The notes beneath the pieces are model-generated. The model was not told the origin of the DNA. It saw only the letters and a program-made list of their open reading frames with translations, and did no database searches. The position numbers were made by a program, and so were the translations under genes. From contig NC_092673.1 of the NCBI RefSeq assembly GCF_964355755.1, positions 10,292,001-10,356,000 of the forward strand: a DNA stretch of 64,000 bases. The letters are read 5' to 3'. How positions within the stretch are numbered: the first letter of the stretch is position 1; every line of letters begins with the position of its first letter. The stretch comes from Antedon mediterranea (taxonomy: Eukaryota; Animalia; Echinodermata). Shown here piece by piece: positions 14,309 through 25,849 of the stretch.

Positions 14309-17300
14309 AAAATCAGAAACAAAGTTGCATAACATCATTTTACATTGATGGATCATCTATTTCATATAAATAGACTATTATCAGCTCTTCACTCATCTAC
14401 TGGTTTGTGGCGTAACCGGTAGTGCTCAGGTTTGAGTTCTCGCAGTAGTGGGTTCGAACATCTACGAATATTTTTATTCTTTCTTTTTTTTTAATTGAAA
14501 ATAAATATTGTTTTTGAAAGTGAGATATTTTGAGTGTTGTAAATGTCAAACCTAAACAAGTGGACCTTTTTTAAAGTCAGAAACAAAGTTGCATGGCATT
14601 ATTTTTCATTGATTGATCATTCATTTCATATAAATAGACTATTATCAGCTCCTCAGTCATCTACTGGATTGTGGCGTAACGGATAATGCTCAGGTTTGAG
14701 TGCTCTCAGTAGTGGGTTCGAACCTCTAGGGATTTTTTTTCTTTTCTTTTTAATTGAAAATAAATATTGTTTTTGAAAGTGAGATATTTTGAGGGTTGCA
14801 ACTGTCATGCCTAAACAAGTGAACCTTTTTTGAAATCAGAAACAAAGTTGCATGGCATTATTTTTCATTGATTGATCATCCATTTCATATAAAGAGACTA
14901 TTATCAGATCTTTAGTCATATACTGGTTTGCGGCGTAACGGGTAATGCTCAGGTTTGAGTGATTTCAATAGTGGGTTCGAACTTCTAGGGATATTTTTTT
15001 TCTTTTTTTTTTTATTTGAAAATAAATATTGTTTTTGAAAGTGAGATATTTTTGTGGTTTTAAATGTCAAGCCTAACCAAGTGGACTTTTTTTTAAATCG
15101 GAAACAAAGTTGCATAACATCATTTTACATTGATGGATCATTCATTTCATATAAATAGACTATTTCTATAAATAGATATTTTTATGGTTTTAATTGTCAA
15201 GCCTAACCAAGTGGACCTTTTTTTAAATCAGAAACAAAGTTGCATAACATCATTTTACATTGATCGATCATTTATTTCATATAAATAGACTATTATCAGC
15301 TCTTCACTCATCTACTGGTTTGTGGCGTAACCGGTAGTGCTCAGGTTTGAGTTCTCGCAGTAGTGGGTTCTAACCTCTACGAATATTTTTTTTCTTTCTT
15401 TTTTTTTAATTGAAAATAAATATTGTTTTTGAAAGTGAGATATTTTGAGTGTTGTAAATGTCAGGCCTAAACAAGTGGACCTTTTTTTAAATCAGAAACA
15501 AAGTTGCATGGCATTGTTTTTCATTGATTGATCATTCATTTCATATAAATAGACTATTATCAGCTCCTCAGTCATCTACTGGTTTGTGGCGTAACGGATA
15601 ATGCTCAGGTTTGAGTGCTCTCAGTAGTGGGTTCGCCCCTCTAGGGATTTTTTTTCTTTTTTTTTTAATTCAAAAAAAATATTGTTTTTGAAAGTGAGAT
15701 ATTTTGAGGGTTGCAACTGTCAGGCCTAAACAAGTGAACCTTTTTTGAAAACAGAAACAAAGTTGCATGGCATTATTTTTAATTGATTGATCATCAATTT
15801 CATATAAATAGACTATTATCAGCTCTTCAGTCATATACTGGTTTGCGGCGTAACGGGTAATGCTCAGGTTTGAGTGATTTCAATAGTGGGTTCGAACTTC
15901 TAGGGATATTTTTTTTTCTTTTTTTTTTTATTTGAAAATAAATATTGTTTTTGAAAGTGAGATATTTTTATGGTTTTAAATGTCAAGCCTAACCAAGTGG
16001 ACCTTTTTTAAAATCAGAAACAAAGTTGCATAACATCATTTTACATTGATGGATCATTCATTTCATATAAATAGACTATTATCAGCTCTTCAGTCATTTA
16101 CTGGTTTGTGGTGTAACGGGTAGTGCTCAGGTTTGAGTTCTCGCAGTAGTGGGTTCGAACCTATACGGGTATTTTTTTTCTTTCCTTTTTTTTAATTGAA
16201 AATAAATATTGTTTTTGAAAGTGAGATATTTTGAGTGTTGTAAATGTCAGGCCTAAACAAGAGAACCTTTTTTAAAATCAGAAACAAAGTTGCATGGCAT
16301 TATTTTTCATTGATTGATCATCCATTTCATATAAATAGACTATTATCAGCTCTTCAGTCATATACTGGTTTGCGGCGTTACGGGTAATGCTCAGGTTTGA
16401 GTGATTTCAATAGTGGGTTCGAACTTCTAGGGATATTTTTTTTTCTTTTTTTTTTATTTGAAAATAAATATTGTTTTTGAAATTGAGATATTTTTATGGT
16501 TTTAAATGTCAAGCCAAACCAAGTGGACCTTTTTTAACTCAGAAAAAAAGTTGCATGGCATTATTTTTCATTGATTGATCATTCATTTCATATAAATATA
16601 CTATTATCAGCTCTTCACTCATCTACTGGTTTTTGGCGTAACGGATAATGCTCAGGTTTGAGTGCTCTCAGTAGTGGGTTCGAACCTCTAGGGATTTTTT
16701 TTTTTTTTTTAATTGAAAATAAATATTTTTTTTGAAAGTGAGATATTTTGAGGGTTGTAAATATCAGACCTAAACAAGTGGACCTTTTTTAAAATCAGAA
16801 ACAAAGTTGCATGGCATTATTTTTCATTGATTGATCATTCATTTCATATAAATAGAGTATTATCAGCTCTTCAGTCATCTACTGGTTTGTGGCGTAACGG
16901 GTAATGCTCAAGTTTGAGTGCTCTCACTAGTGGGTTCGAACCTCTACGGATATTTTGTTTCTTTTTTTTTGTTTTAATTTCAAATAAATATTGTTTTTGA
17001 AAGTGAGATATTTTGAGGGTTGTAAATGTCAAGCCAAACCAAGTGGACCTTTTTTTAAATCAGAAACAAAGTTGCAAAACATCATTTTACATTGATGGAT
17101 CATTCATTTCATATAAATAGACTATTATCAGCTCTTCACTCACCTACTGGTTTGTGGCGTAACCGGTAGTGCTCAAGTTTGAGTTCTCGCAGTAGTGGGT
17201 TCGAACATCTACGAATATTTTTTTTTCTTTCTTTTTTTTTAATTGAAAATAAATATTGTTTTTGAAAGTGAGATATTTTTATGGTTTTAAATGTCAAGCC

Positions 17301-19009
17301 TAACCAAGTGAACCTTTTTTTACATCAGAAACAAAGTTGCCTAACATAATTTTACATTGATGGATCATTTATTCCATATAAATAGACTATTATCAGCTCT
17401 TCACTCATCTACTGGTTTGTGGTGTAACCGGTAGTGCTCAGGTTTGAGTGCTCTCAATAGTGGGTTCGGACCTCTACGAATATTTTTTTTCTTTCTTTTT
17501 TTTTAATTGAAAATAAATATTGTTTTTGAAAGTGAGATATTTTGAGTGTTGTAAATGTCAGGCCTAAACAAGAGAACCTTTTTTTAAATCAGAAACAAAG
17601 TTGCATGGCATTATTTTTCATTGATTGATCATCCATTTCATATAAATAGACTATTATCAGCTCTTCAGTCATATACTGGTTTGCGGCGTAACGGGTAATG
17701 CTCAGGTTTGAGTGATTTCAATAGTGGGTTCGAACTTCTAGGGATATTTTTTTTCTTTTTTTTTTTATTTGAAAATAAATATTGTTTTTGAAAGTGAGAT
17801 ATTTTTATGGTTTTAAATGTCAAGCCAAACCAAGTGGACCTTTTTTAAAATCAGAAACAAAGTTGCATAACATCATTTTACATTGATGGATCATTCATTC
17901 CATATAATAGACTATTATCAGCTCTTCACTTATCTACTGGTTTGTGGTGTAACCGGTAGTGCTCAGGTTTGAGTTCTCGCAGTAGTGGGTTCGAACCTCT
18001 ACGAATATTTTTTTTCTTTCCTTTTTTTTAATTGAAAATAAATATTGTTTTTGAAAGTGAGATATTTTGAGTGTTGTAAATGTCAGGCCTAAACAAGTGG
18101 ACCTTTTTTAAAATCAGAAACAAAGTTGCATGGCATTATTTTTCATTGATTGATCATTCATTTCATATAAATAGACTATTTTCAGCCATTCACTCATCTG
18201 CTGGTTTGTGGCGTAACGGATAATGCTCAGGTTTGAGTGCTCTCAGTAGTGGGTTCGAACCTCTAGGGATTTTTTTTTTTAAATTGAAAATTAATATTAT
18301 ATACAGTACAGTACTTTAAATATACAGTATATTATTATACTTTCAGGTATGTTCCAGGACTAATACCTTCAGAGAAGAGGATGAGAGAACGCCAGAAGGA
18401 ACTGCTTTGCGGGTTGAAATCAAAAAATGAGCTACTGTTGTTTAATTCCAGTCGGCACGAAGGTCTCAGTTTGAAAGAGGTAGCTGTGGTTCACATACCA
18501 GATATTAAGACTTTGGTTTTTAATTACCTTGATGAGTACCGCCAGTAAGTTTATGATTTTATCTTCTCAATTCTGTACACAGATTTTATATGTTCCTGTC
18601 AAAAAAGAATAACAATGTTATTATATGACGATCGTTGGTGGCGTTTAAATGTACAAGTGCATTTAAAAAACCTACGATTAATATTCAGTTTTTTACAATA
18701 CTTTGGATTCAGGTTCGATATTAGAAACTTAAAAAAGTAAGCTGTTGTCTCTTAAGAGTATACTTCTATCTAAATCGTGTTATTTAGAAACCTATGATCG
18801 TACTTTGAGGTGTAAATCTACGTAGCCCCGTGTTCAATAACAGATTGATCAAAGAGCCACAAAATACCGGTGAAAAGAAGTGATTGATTGGTGAGACAAT
18901 TGTTTACACTAGCAACCTATAGCAACAAAGGATTAGAGCCTAGCTTTACTTGTGTACGCACGCTTCACGCTCTAGTAATTCTTCTTTGTCCTTGAAACCG
19001 CTTGTTGCG

Positions 19010-20398
19010 ATGGAGACAGTAACACAACCTAATACACGGGTTAAGCCGGTATTTGTCAAAGACGACGACATTCGGAACAAAAACGAAGATTATATAAAAG
19101 AAGAAGACATATATTTTGCTTTGACAGACGTAATCAATTGTGACAACCTAATTGGTACTCAAAAAGTGAAAAACTTATGGAGGATCTATATAAATGATCA
19201 CGGAGAAAGAGTCAAAGTAATAACTTCTGGACTCAGCATAAAAGGAAAGCAAGTGACTGTATATGACTTAAACCCATACATCAACGCAGATGAGAACTTG
19301 ATAAGAGTTTTAGTGAAAGACATACCTCTGTCAGTCAGAAATGAGGAGATAACTAACGCCTTAAAAAAATTAGGATGTAAGATTATTGGAGAGATACAAC
19401 TTATTAAATTCAGAATACAGGGAAAACTATCCCGTTTTCTGAACGGTGATCGTGCCATCTTTGTAGAGCGCTTCAAAGGAAGCTTGCCAAGATTCATTAA
19501 AGTGAATAACTTCAGTGCTAGGCTCTTTCACAAAGACCAGAAATTCGAAATTACATGTTTCGAATGCGGTCTAACTGGACATAAAATTAATGAATGCCCG
19601 AAAAAGATGGACAGTATAATATGTCACAAATGCAATATGTCAGGCCACTTTGCCAAAAACTGTAAAGGTGATAAATATGTAGGCCTACCACACAAATTAG
19701 TTATAAACTCGACAAATACATTACCAAAGCGTGCAACAAATATCACTAAGTGGATTGACAATGAGGAAGAATACCCGCACGAAGTAAAAGAAATAGAGGT
19801 AGGAATGGGAGAGGAAGTGCAAGTGGAAGTGGATATAGAAGAGGAAACATTAATGAATGTAGAAGAGGAAGAGAAAGTAGACATAGAAGAGGAAGATGAA
19901 GAAGAGGAAGAAAAGATATTAGACATCATTGAAGATGAGAATAAACAAGATGAAGCAACAAGCAACGTCATAGTAGTTCTAGAAGAACTGCTTAACAAAC
20001 CAGTTATGCCAACAAATAAGCCCGAATCTATAGAATTAGATGAAAAGGTACAGCAAATAATGAAGGAAGCCATAGACAGAGTGAAAACAATAAATCAGAA
20101 AGATAATGAAAAAATGCAACCACAAGACCAAAAGAATGAAAAGAAGAAGCAAAGAAAACGAGATAAAAAAAAAGCAAGCAATGTTGAGCAGACAAATAAA
20201 GCTGGTGAGAGAGCAAGTAGTATAAACATGGGTATGAGACCAATTACAGATTTCGCAACTACTAGCACAACGGATGCCTCTAATACCAAAGCAATAGTTG
20301 CTAGAGACCAGTTTGCATCTAGCAAAAGGAAAAAGCTTACTGAAAGTGGAGAGAAAAATGTTGAAAAGAAAGATAGAAAATCTAATTCAGTAAGTTAA
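19010..20398 (+). CDS. LINE ORF1, gag-like nucleic-acid-binding protein with two CCHC zinc knuckles
   Basis: CFECGLTGHKINEC and CHKCNMSGHFAKNC, acidic tract and basic tail. First ATG at 19010 within ORF 18950-20398. Confidence 0.88.
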   Translation: METVTQPNTRVKPVFVKDDDIRNKNEDYIKEEDIYFALTDVINCDNLIGTQKVKNLWRIYINDHGERVKVITSGLSIKGKQVTVYDLNPYINADENLIRVLVKDIPLSVRNEEITNALKKLGCKIIGEIQLIKFRIQGKLSRFLNGDRAIFVERFKGSLPRFIKVNNFSARLFHKDQKFEITCFECGLTGHKINECPKKMDSIICHKCNMSGHFAKNCKGDKYVGLPHKLVINSTNTLPKRATNITKWIDNEEEYPHEVKEIEVGMGEEVQVEVDIEEETLMNVEEEEKVDIEEEDEEEEEKILDIIEDENKQDEATSNVIVVLEELLNKPVMPTNKPESIELDEKVQQIMKEAIDRVKTINQKDNEKMQPQDQKNEKKKQRKRDKKKASNVEQTNKAGERASSINMGMRPITDFATTSTTDASNTKAIVARDQFASSKRKKLTESGEKNVEKKDRKSNSVS

Positions 20399-20487
20399 AT
20401 TACGTTGTTCTTGCTTCAACTGTAAATTTGATATAATTATTGAATTAGAAAAAACAAAAACAAAAAAAAAAACGAACAAAAATAATT

Positions 20488-23400
20488 ATGAAAAACAACA
20501 AAAAAAATGACTCCCTACATCTAATATCGCTAAATGTTAGAGGGATTAGAGAAAATTATAAGAAGAAGAAAATATTTAAATGGCTGGAAGATCAAAAATT
20601 TAATGTTGCATTCCTCCAAGAAACACACTTTGATCAGAAATCTATAAGATGTAACAATTTGTTGTGGAATGGGGCCATGTTTCATAGTTTTGGTACAACT
20701 AATAGTAGAGGTGTATCAATATTTTTTAAGCCAGGATTTGATCAAAGTGATATTGAATGTAAATATACAGACGAAGAAGGTAGAATGCTTATTCTTAAAG
20801 TAAGATATAATGAGAAGGTGTTTAATTTTATTAATGTATATGCACCTAATAATTACAAAGAAAGGGCAAACTTCTTCAAAAAATTAGAAAAAAAGATTGA
20901 ATTGATGTGTTTTAAAAAAGAAGAATATACAATAATTGGAGGTGATATGAATTGCATTTTAGAAAGAAAATTAGATCAAAAAAATAGTGTAAATCAATAC
21001 GACAAGTCACCATCTGTGTTAAAGAATTGCATGACAAAAAATAAATTAATAGATATATGGAGACAATATCACAAAACAAAAACCCAATTTACTTGGAGAC
21101 GAAAAAGCACGTACAGGAGGTTGGATCTGTGGTGCATCTCAAGTGCCCTTTATAAAAATGGTGATGTGATGTCTACCGACATTAGACCATCAATATGTTC
21201 TGATCATCAGGCTATCTCATTAAAAATATTAAATAATCAACAAAAAGCTGGTCCAGGAATATGGAAAATTAACTGTAGTATTCTTAAGGATGAAGAATAC
21301 AACATAAAAATAAAAAGAATTATTGAAAATGTAAAAAAAAATGAAAATAATCTTACTCCAGACTTGCTGTGGGAACTACTTAAAATAAAAATAAAAGAAT
21401 TTTCAGCTAAATTCTGTGCAAGAAAAAAAAAAGAGATGAATGTTAATAAGCTAAACCTAACTAAGGATTGAAGTCAATGTATTAACGAACAAGCTTAATA
21501 TCGCATACGATCAAAATATAGAAGAAAAATTAAAAAATAAAACTAATGACTTAGATAAGATTTATCATTGTGAAGCAAAAGGCGCCATAGTCAGATCAAG
21601 GGTTAAATGGTTTGAAAAGGGAGAAAAAAATAACATTTTTTTTTTAGGATTGGAGAAAAACAATGCAAAAAGAAAACATATTACCATGCTCTTAAAAAGG
21701 AATGGAAAACATACTACAGATGTTCACGAGATACTAGAGGAACAAATTAGATTCTATGAACATCTGTATTCAAATAAAATTCTAACAGAAAATGAAATAA
21801 ATAAATATTTACGAAATACTACAGTTAAAAAACTATCAGAAAAAGATAAAATAGAATGTGAGGGAATATTAACAGAAGGAGAACTAACAAAAGCAATATC
21901 TAACATGAAGTTGAATAAAAGTCCGGGTTCCGATGGACTAAGTGTCGAATTCTATCGTCATTTTTGGGAATATCTAAAAGATATTTTGTGTAATTCTTTA
22001 AATTACAGTTACAACAATAAGAGTTTAAGTAACTCACGGAGGTTAGGTGTAATAAATCTTTTATTTAAGAGTGGAAAGAGAGAGTGTCTCGAAAACTGGA
22101 GACCAATTACATTGCTAAATGTAGATTACAAAATAATGGCACATGCTCTTTCAAACAGACTAAAAAAAGTATTAGGGTCTATTATCAGTAATGATCAAAA
22201 AGGATATATTAATGAGAGATTTGGAGGAGAAAATATTAGACTAGTTGAAGATGTGTTGTCTTATACGAAAGAAAAGCAAATACCAGGAGCCATGATTTTT
22301 CTTGACTTTGCTAAGGCATTCGACTCAATAGATAGAAAGCTAATGTTAAATGTTCTAAGAAAGTTTGGTTTTGGTTTATCTTTTGTACATTGGATAAATG
22401 TAATATACACAGGCACTAGATGTATGGTTAAAAATAACGGATGGGTTTCAAACAGTTTTAATATGGAATGTGGAGTACGTCAAGGTTGCCCGTTGTCTGC
22501 ACTATTATTTACAGTTGTAGTCGAGGTAATGGCAATAAATATAAGGAATAATCCATTGTGTAAGGGAATTGAATTACCTGAGAATAAAAATATTGATAAT
22601 ATGGTGAAAATAGCTCAGCTCGCTGATGACACTGTGATTTTTACATCAGGTGAAAATAGTTTAAAATATTTTTTCACTGAAATCAATGCATTTTGTAATA
22701 TTTCAGGGTTGAAGCTAAATAAAGGAAAATGTAAAGGAATCTGGATTGGATCAATTCAGAATAACCTAGCAACCCCTTGTGGTATCACTTGGACGAAAGA
22801 GCCAGTGAAATTCCTCGGAATTTATGTAGGCTATAAAAAAGGTGTTTGTGAAAAAAAAAACTGGGATGATAAAATTATGGAGTTAGAACATACTTTAAGG
22901 CTATGGGAAAAACGACACCTTACCTTCTTTGGAAAAATGATAATAATTAAAAGTCTAGCAATTTCAAAATTAATATACAATGCTAGTATTATCAATGTAC
23001 CAAAACATGTATTTCCAATGGTAGAGAAGTTACTGTATAGATTCCTATGGGGAAATAAAAAAGAAAAGATTAAGAGGAAAACACTTATAAATAAAATAGA
23101 AGAAGGAGGGGTTAATATGATTGATTTTTATGTAGTTGTGAACTCGTTAAAGCTAAACTGGGTTAAGAGACTACTTAGCCCAGACCCAGGCAAGTGGAAA
23201 TGTATTCCAAAATATTACATGTACCCTATAGAATGTACATTAGAGATAAGTAGGCTTAATTTTGAAGAGCATAAACAATTACAAATTATGCCTGAATTTT
23301 ATTTAAATATGATTAATGCAATTGTGAAAATAAATAATATTGAAATGTTAGATCCTCAAAATGTACAGGAAATTAAATCTCAAACCTTGTGGGAAAATAA

Positions 23401-24286
23401 ACATATACTGTCAGACGGAAAGTCTTTATACTTCAAAGATTGGTTAAAGTCGGGCTATAAAACAATTGGTGACATTTTGGTCAATAACACAATTGTAAGT
23501 CTTAGAGATTTAATTCCCACGTTATTAGTAAAGCATAATGGGATAATAGAATACTTCAAGCTCATGAATGCTATTCCTATTGAATGGAAGGAAGTATTGG
23601 CACGACATAGATTAGAGAAAGAACGAGTTAATGTTGATATTAAAAATGAATTATTCAAATCAAATGTTAAAACAGGTTTTTATGATAAGTTTATATTTGA
23701 ACTAAAGACAGTGCCAATCTCCCAAGTAAAATGGGAAGCAGAGTTTTTAAATAAGACTATGGTATGGAACAAAATATGGAATAACAAAGTCAAAGATATG
23801 AAACATATGGTAAAAGTTGCGCAATTCAATTTTAAACTTTTACATCGCATACTTGTTTGTAATAAAAGATTACATATTTGGAAATTGTCTAAAACTAATA
23901 TTTGCGATAGATGTAAGAATGTGATAGAAAACGAAGAACATATGTTACTTAAGTGTAAAGTGATTAAGCCAGTTTGGAGGAAATTCAATAATCTTATTGT
24001 TGAATGTTTTCCCAATGAAACGCCAATACATTGGTTTGATATAGTTACTGGTTCCAAAGATAAACTTGTAAATGAGCTAACATCTATCTTTACGTTTTGT
24101 ATATACAAATCCCGCATAAGGCTTAGTTTATTAGATAACATGATGGGTAACGAATCAAAAAGTATCTTGAATATGTTTAAGTTTGAATTAAAAAATCTTA
24201 TAGAAAATGAATACGCATGTAATCAGTATAAAGCAGTTATAAAATGGAATGATGTTAAAATTAAATTATTAGAATTCATAAAATAA
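20488..24286 (+). pseudogene. LINE ORF2 (APE endonuclease, reverse transcriptase, C-terminal zinc finger) with one frameshift near 21465
   Basis: SLNVRG, LQETH, NVYAP, GGDMN and SDH (APE); KSPGSDG, WRPITLLN, LDFAKAFD, GVRQGCPLS and LADD (RT); CDRC...EHMLLKC. The downstream frame continues through AKGAIVRSRVKWFEKGEK. Confidence 0.92.
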
Positions 24287-25363
24287 GAAAAATATAAAAC
24301 TAGTACAAGCTGTAGTGTAAAACTAACACCTAGACTTATACTAAAACTAATACATGATAGAAATAAATGTATTAGGGTAAAACATAGACTGAAACACACG
24401 GTCAAGCATATAAGTAAACAAACTGGTAAATGTAAAGGGCCAACATAGTAAGAAAAGAACTTTAAAGGAATAGAAATAGTGGAATGAAACAAATGTTATA
24501 CAAGGCCAAAACATAAAAAGTAGCATATAATGTGTTTATAATAACTATATTAAACTGATTCGTAAATGTAAATAGGTATATTAATGTGTGTATGTGTGTA
24601 TATAATTATTTGTAACGGATGTAATATAAGGTCAAAAGAAATAAAGAAACAAATTGTGAGTACTGATTTAAGATATAATAAAAGAAACAGCTACTTTTTA
24701 ATACATTTCTTAATATAAAGTAAATTTAAATGATAAATAGTTGTACTTTTACTATAACTTGCAATAAACATAAAATGTACGTTTTTAAAGCATACTTTTA
24801 CTCCATCGATTTTATGTACATGTATAGATATAGTGCCTTTTTAGCTGTTATATTGCATTTTATTGTTCTTTATTTTATAAAAATGTATGTATGTTATGTA
24901 ATATATATTTGTAAAAGGAATGAATAAATGTGGGTGACCCCCACGAAAGAGAAAAAAAAAAAAAAAACAATGTTATTATATTTTACAGGCAAAATAAACT
25001 TAAAATATACAACGGCAATGAGATATGGCTGAAGTTTGGCGGAGATCATGGTGGTGAGAGTTTTAAGGCAGAAATCCAAATTGTAAGTGTTGCTGATCCG
25101 AATGCAGTCAGAAATATGGTTGTAGTATTGATGTTCCATGCAAAGGACAGCGTCTATAACTTGTCGCAAACATTACCAAGAGTGACGGAGCAAGTTATGG
25201 GACTGAATGGTCTACAGTGGAGGTAGTTATGTTGTTTCATTTATCATGGATAAAATGCTATGTATATCAACAGAGTAACAAATACACTTATCTTTATCTA
25301 TAAATGTGGATTTTTTTTTCTTTCACAGAGAGTATAATCTGCGAATGTTTTGTTTTGGTGACT

Positions 25364-25849
25364 GTTGTTGCTGTTGCTAACGTTTTCCGTCTTCCGACAT
25401 TACGCTTTCCACAATTTGTTTCCATTTTTTTCTGTTTATGGCAGGATGGTTTGTTATTGTGTTAGTGTCTACTAGTCCTTGTAAGTCTTTCTTTATTTGA
25501 TTCATCCAGTTATTTCTTGGTCTTCCTACGGATCGTTTTACTTTCCTGTTAGTTTCCTTCATTATTTGTTTGATTGGGGTATCATCCGGTAATCTAATTA
25601 TGTGTCCATACCATTTTAATCTCCTTCGTTTAATTCTTTTACTCCATTCTTCTTGTTTTGTTATCTCGTATATTTTCGTGTTACACACTCTATCTGTTAA
25701 TTTAATATCTATCATCTTTCGCAACATTTTCCTGTGATATATATCTATACTCTCTTGTAATTTTTTGTTTAGTACCCAGAGTTCACTGTTATATAAGAAA
25801 ATACTTGCTATGTATGCGTCAAACAAACGGGATTTCACGTCTATAGACA
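25364..25849 (-). mobile_element. 5'-truncated RTE-type LINE fragment
   Basis: 12-bp TSD GTTTTGGTGACT (25352-25363 and 25850-25861). ORF with RLKWYGHIIR...GRPRNNW typical of RTE ORF2 C-termini, and a short (CAA)-type tail. Absent from copy 2 (~42915-42926). Confidence 0.85.

Larger units (their letters stand above)
1..18290 (+). repeat. ~260-bp tRNA-derived tandem satellite, array 1 (about 60+ monomers, interrupted by two HINEs)
   Basis: Monomer recurs every ~260 bp. Core GGTTTGTGGCGTAACCGGTAGTGCTCAGGTTTGAGTTCTCGCAGTAGTGGGTTCGAACCTC has A-box-like TGGCGTAACCGG and B-box GGTTCGAACC, followed by a long T-tract. The same 83-aa spurious ORF at 461, 3330 and 5670 marks higher-order periods of 2869 and 2340 bp. 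Confidence 0.95.
18627..24965 (+). mobile_element. Full-length Tx1/L1-clade non-LTR retrotransposon
   Basis: 16-bp TSD AACAATGTTATTATAT (18611-18626 and 24966-24981). ORF1 plus ORF2, AATAAA, hairpin GTGGG-TGACC-CCCAC and poly(A). Empty site in the copy-2 intron at ~42529-42544. Confidence 0.93.

Noticed and set aside
319-15115. Short ORFs in the satellite (61-83 aa, repeated)
   Set aside because: Chance frames in repeated AT-rich monomers with low-complexity translations.
1-18290. CRISPR array or functional tRNA gene cluster
   Set aside because: Whole monomers repeat with no unique spacers and no cas genes are present. The tRNA-like cores lack proper acceptor and anticodon stems.
19624-20073. 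Ser-rich antisense ORF in LINE ORF1
   Set aside because: Mirror of the Glu-rich GAA/GAG tract on the + strand.
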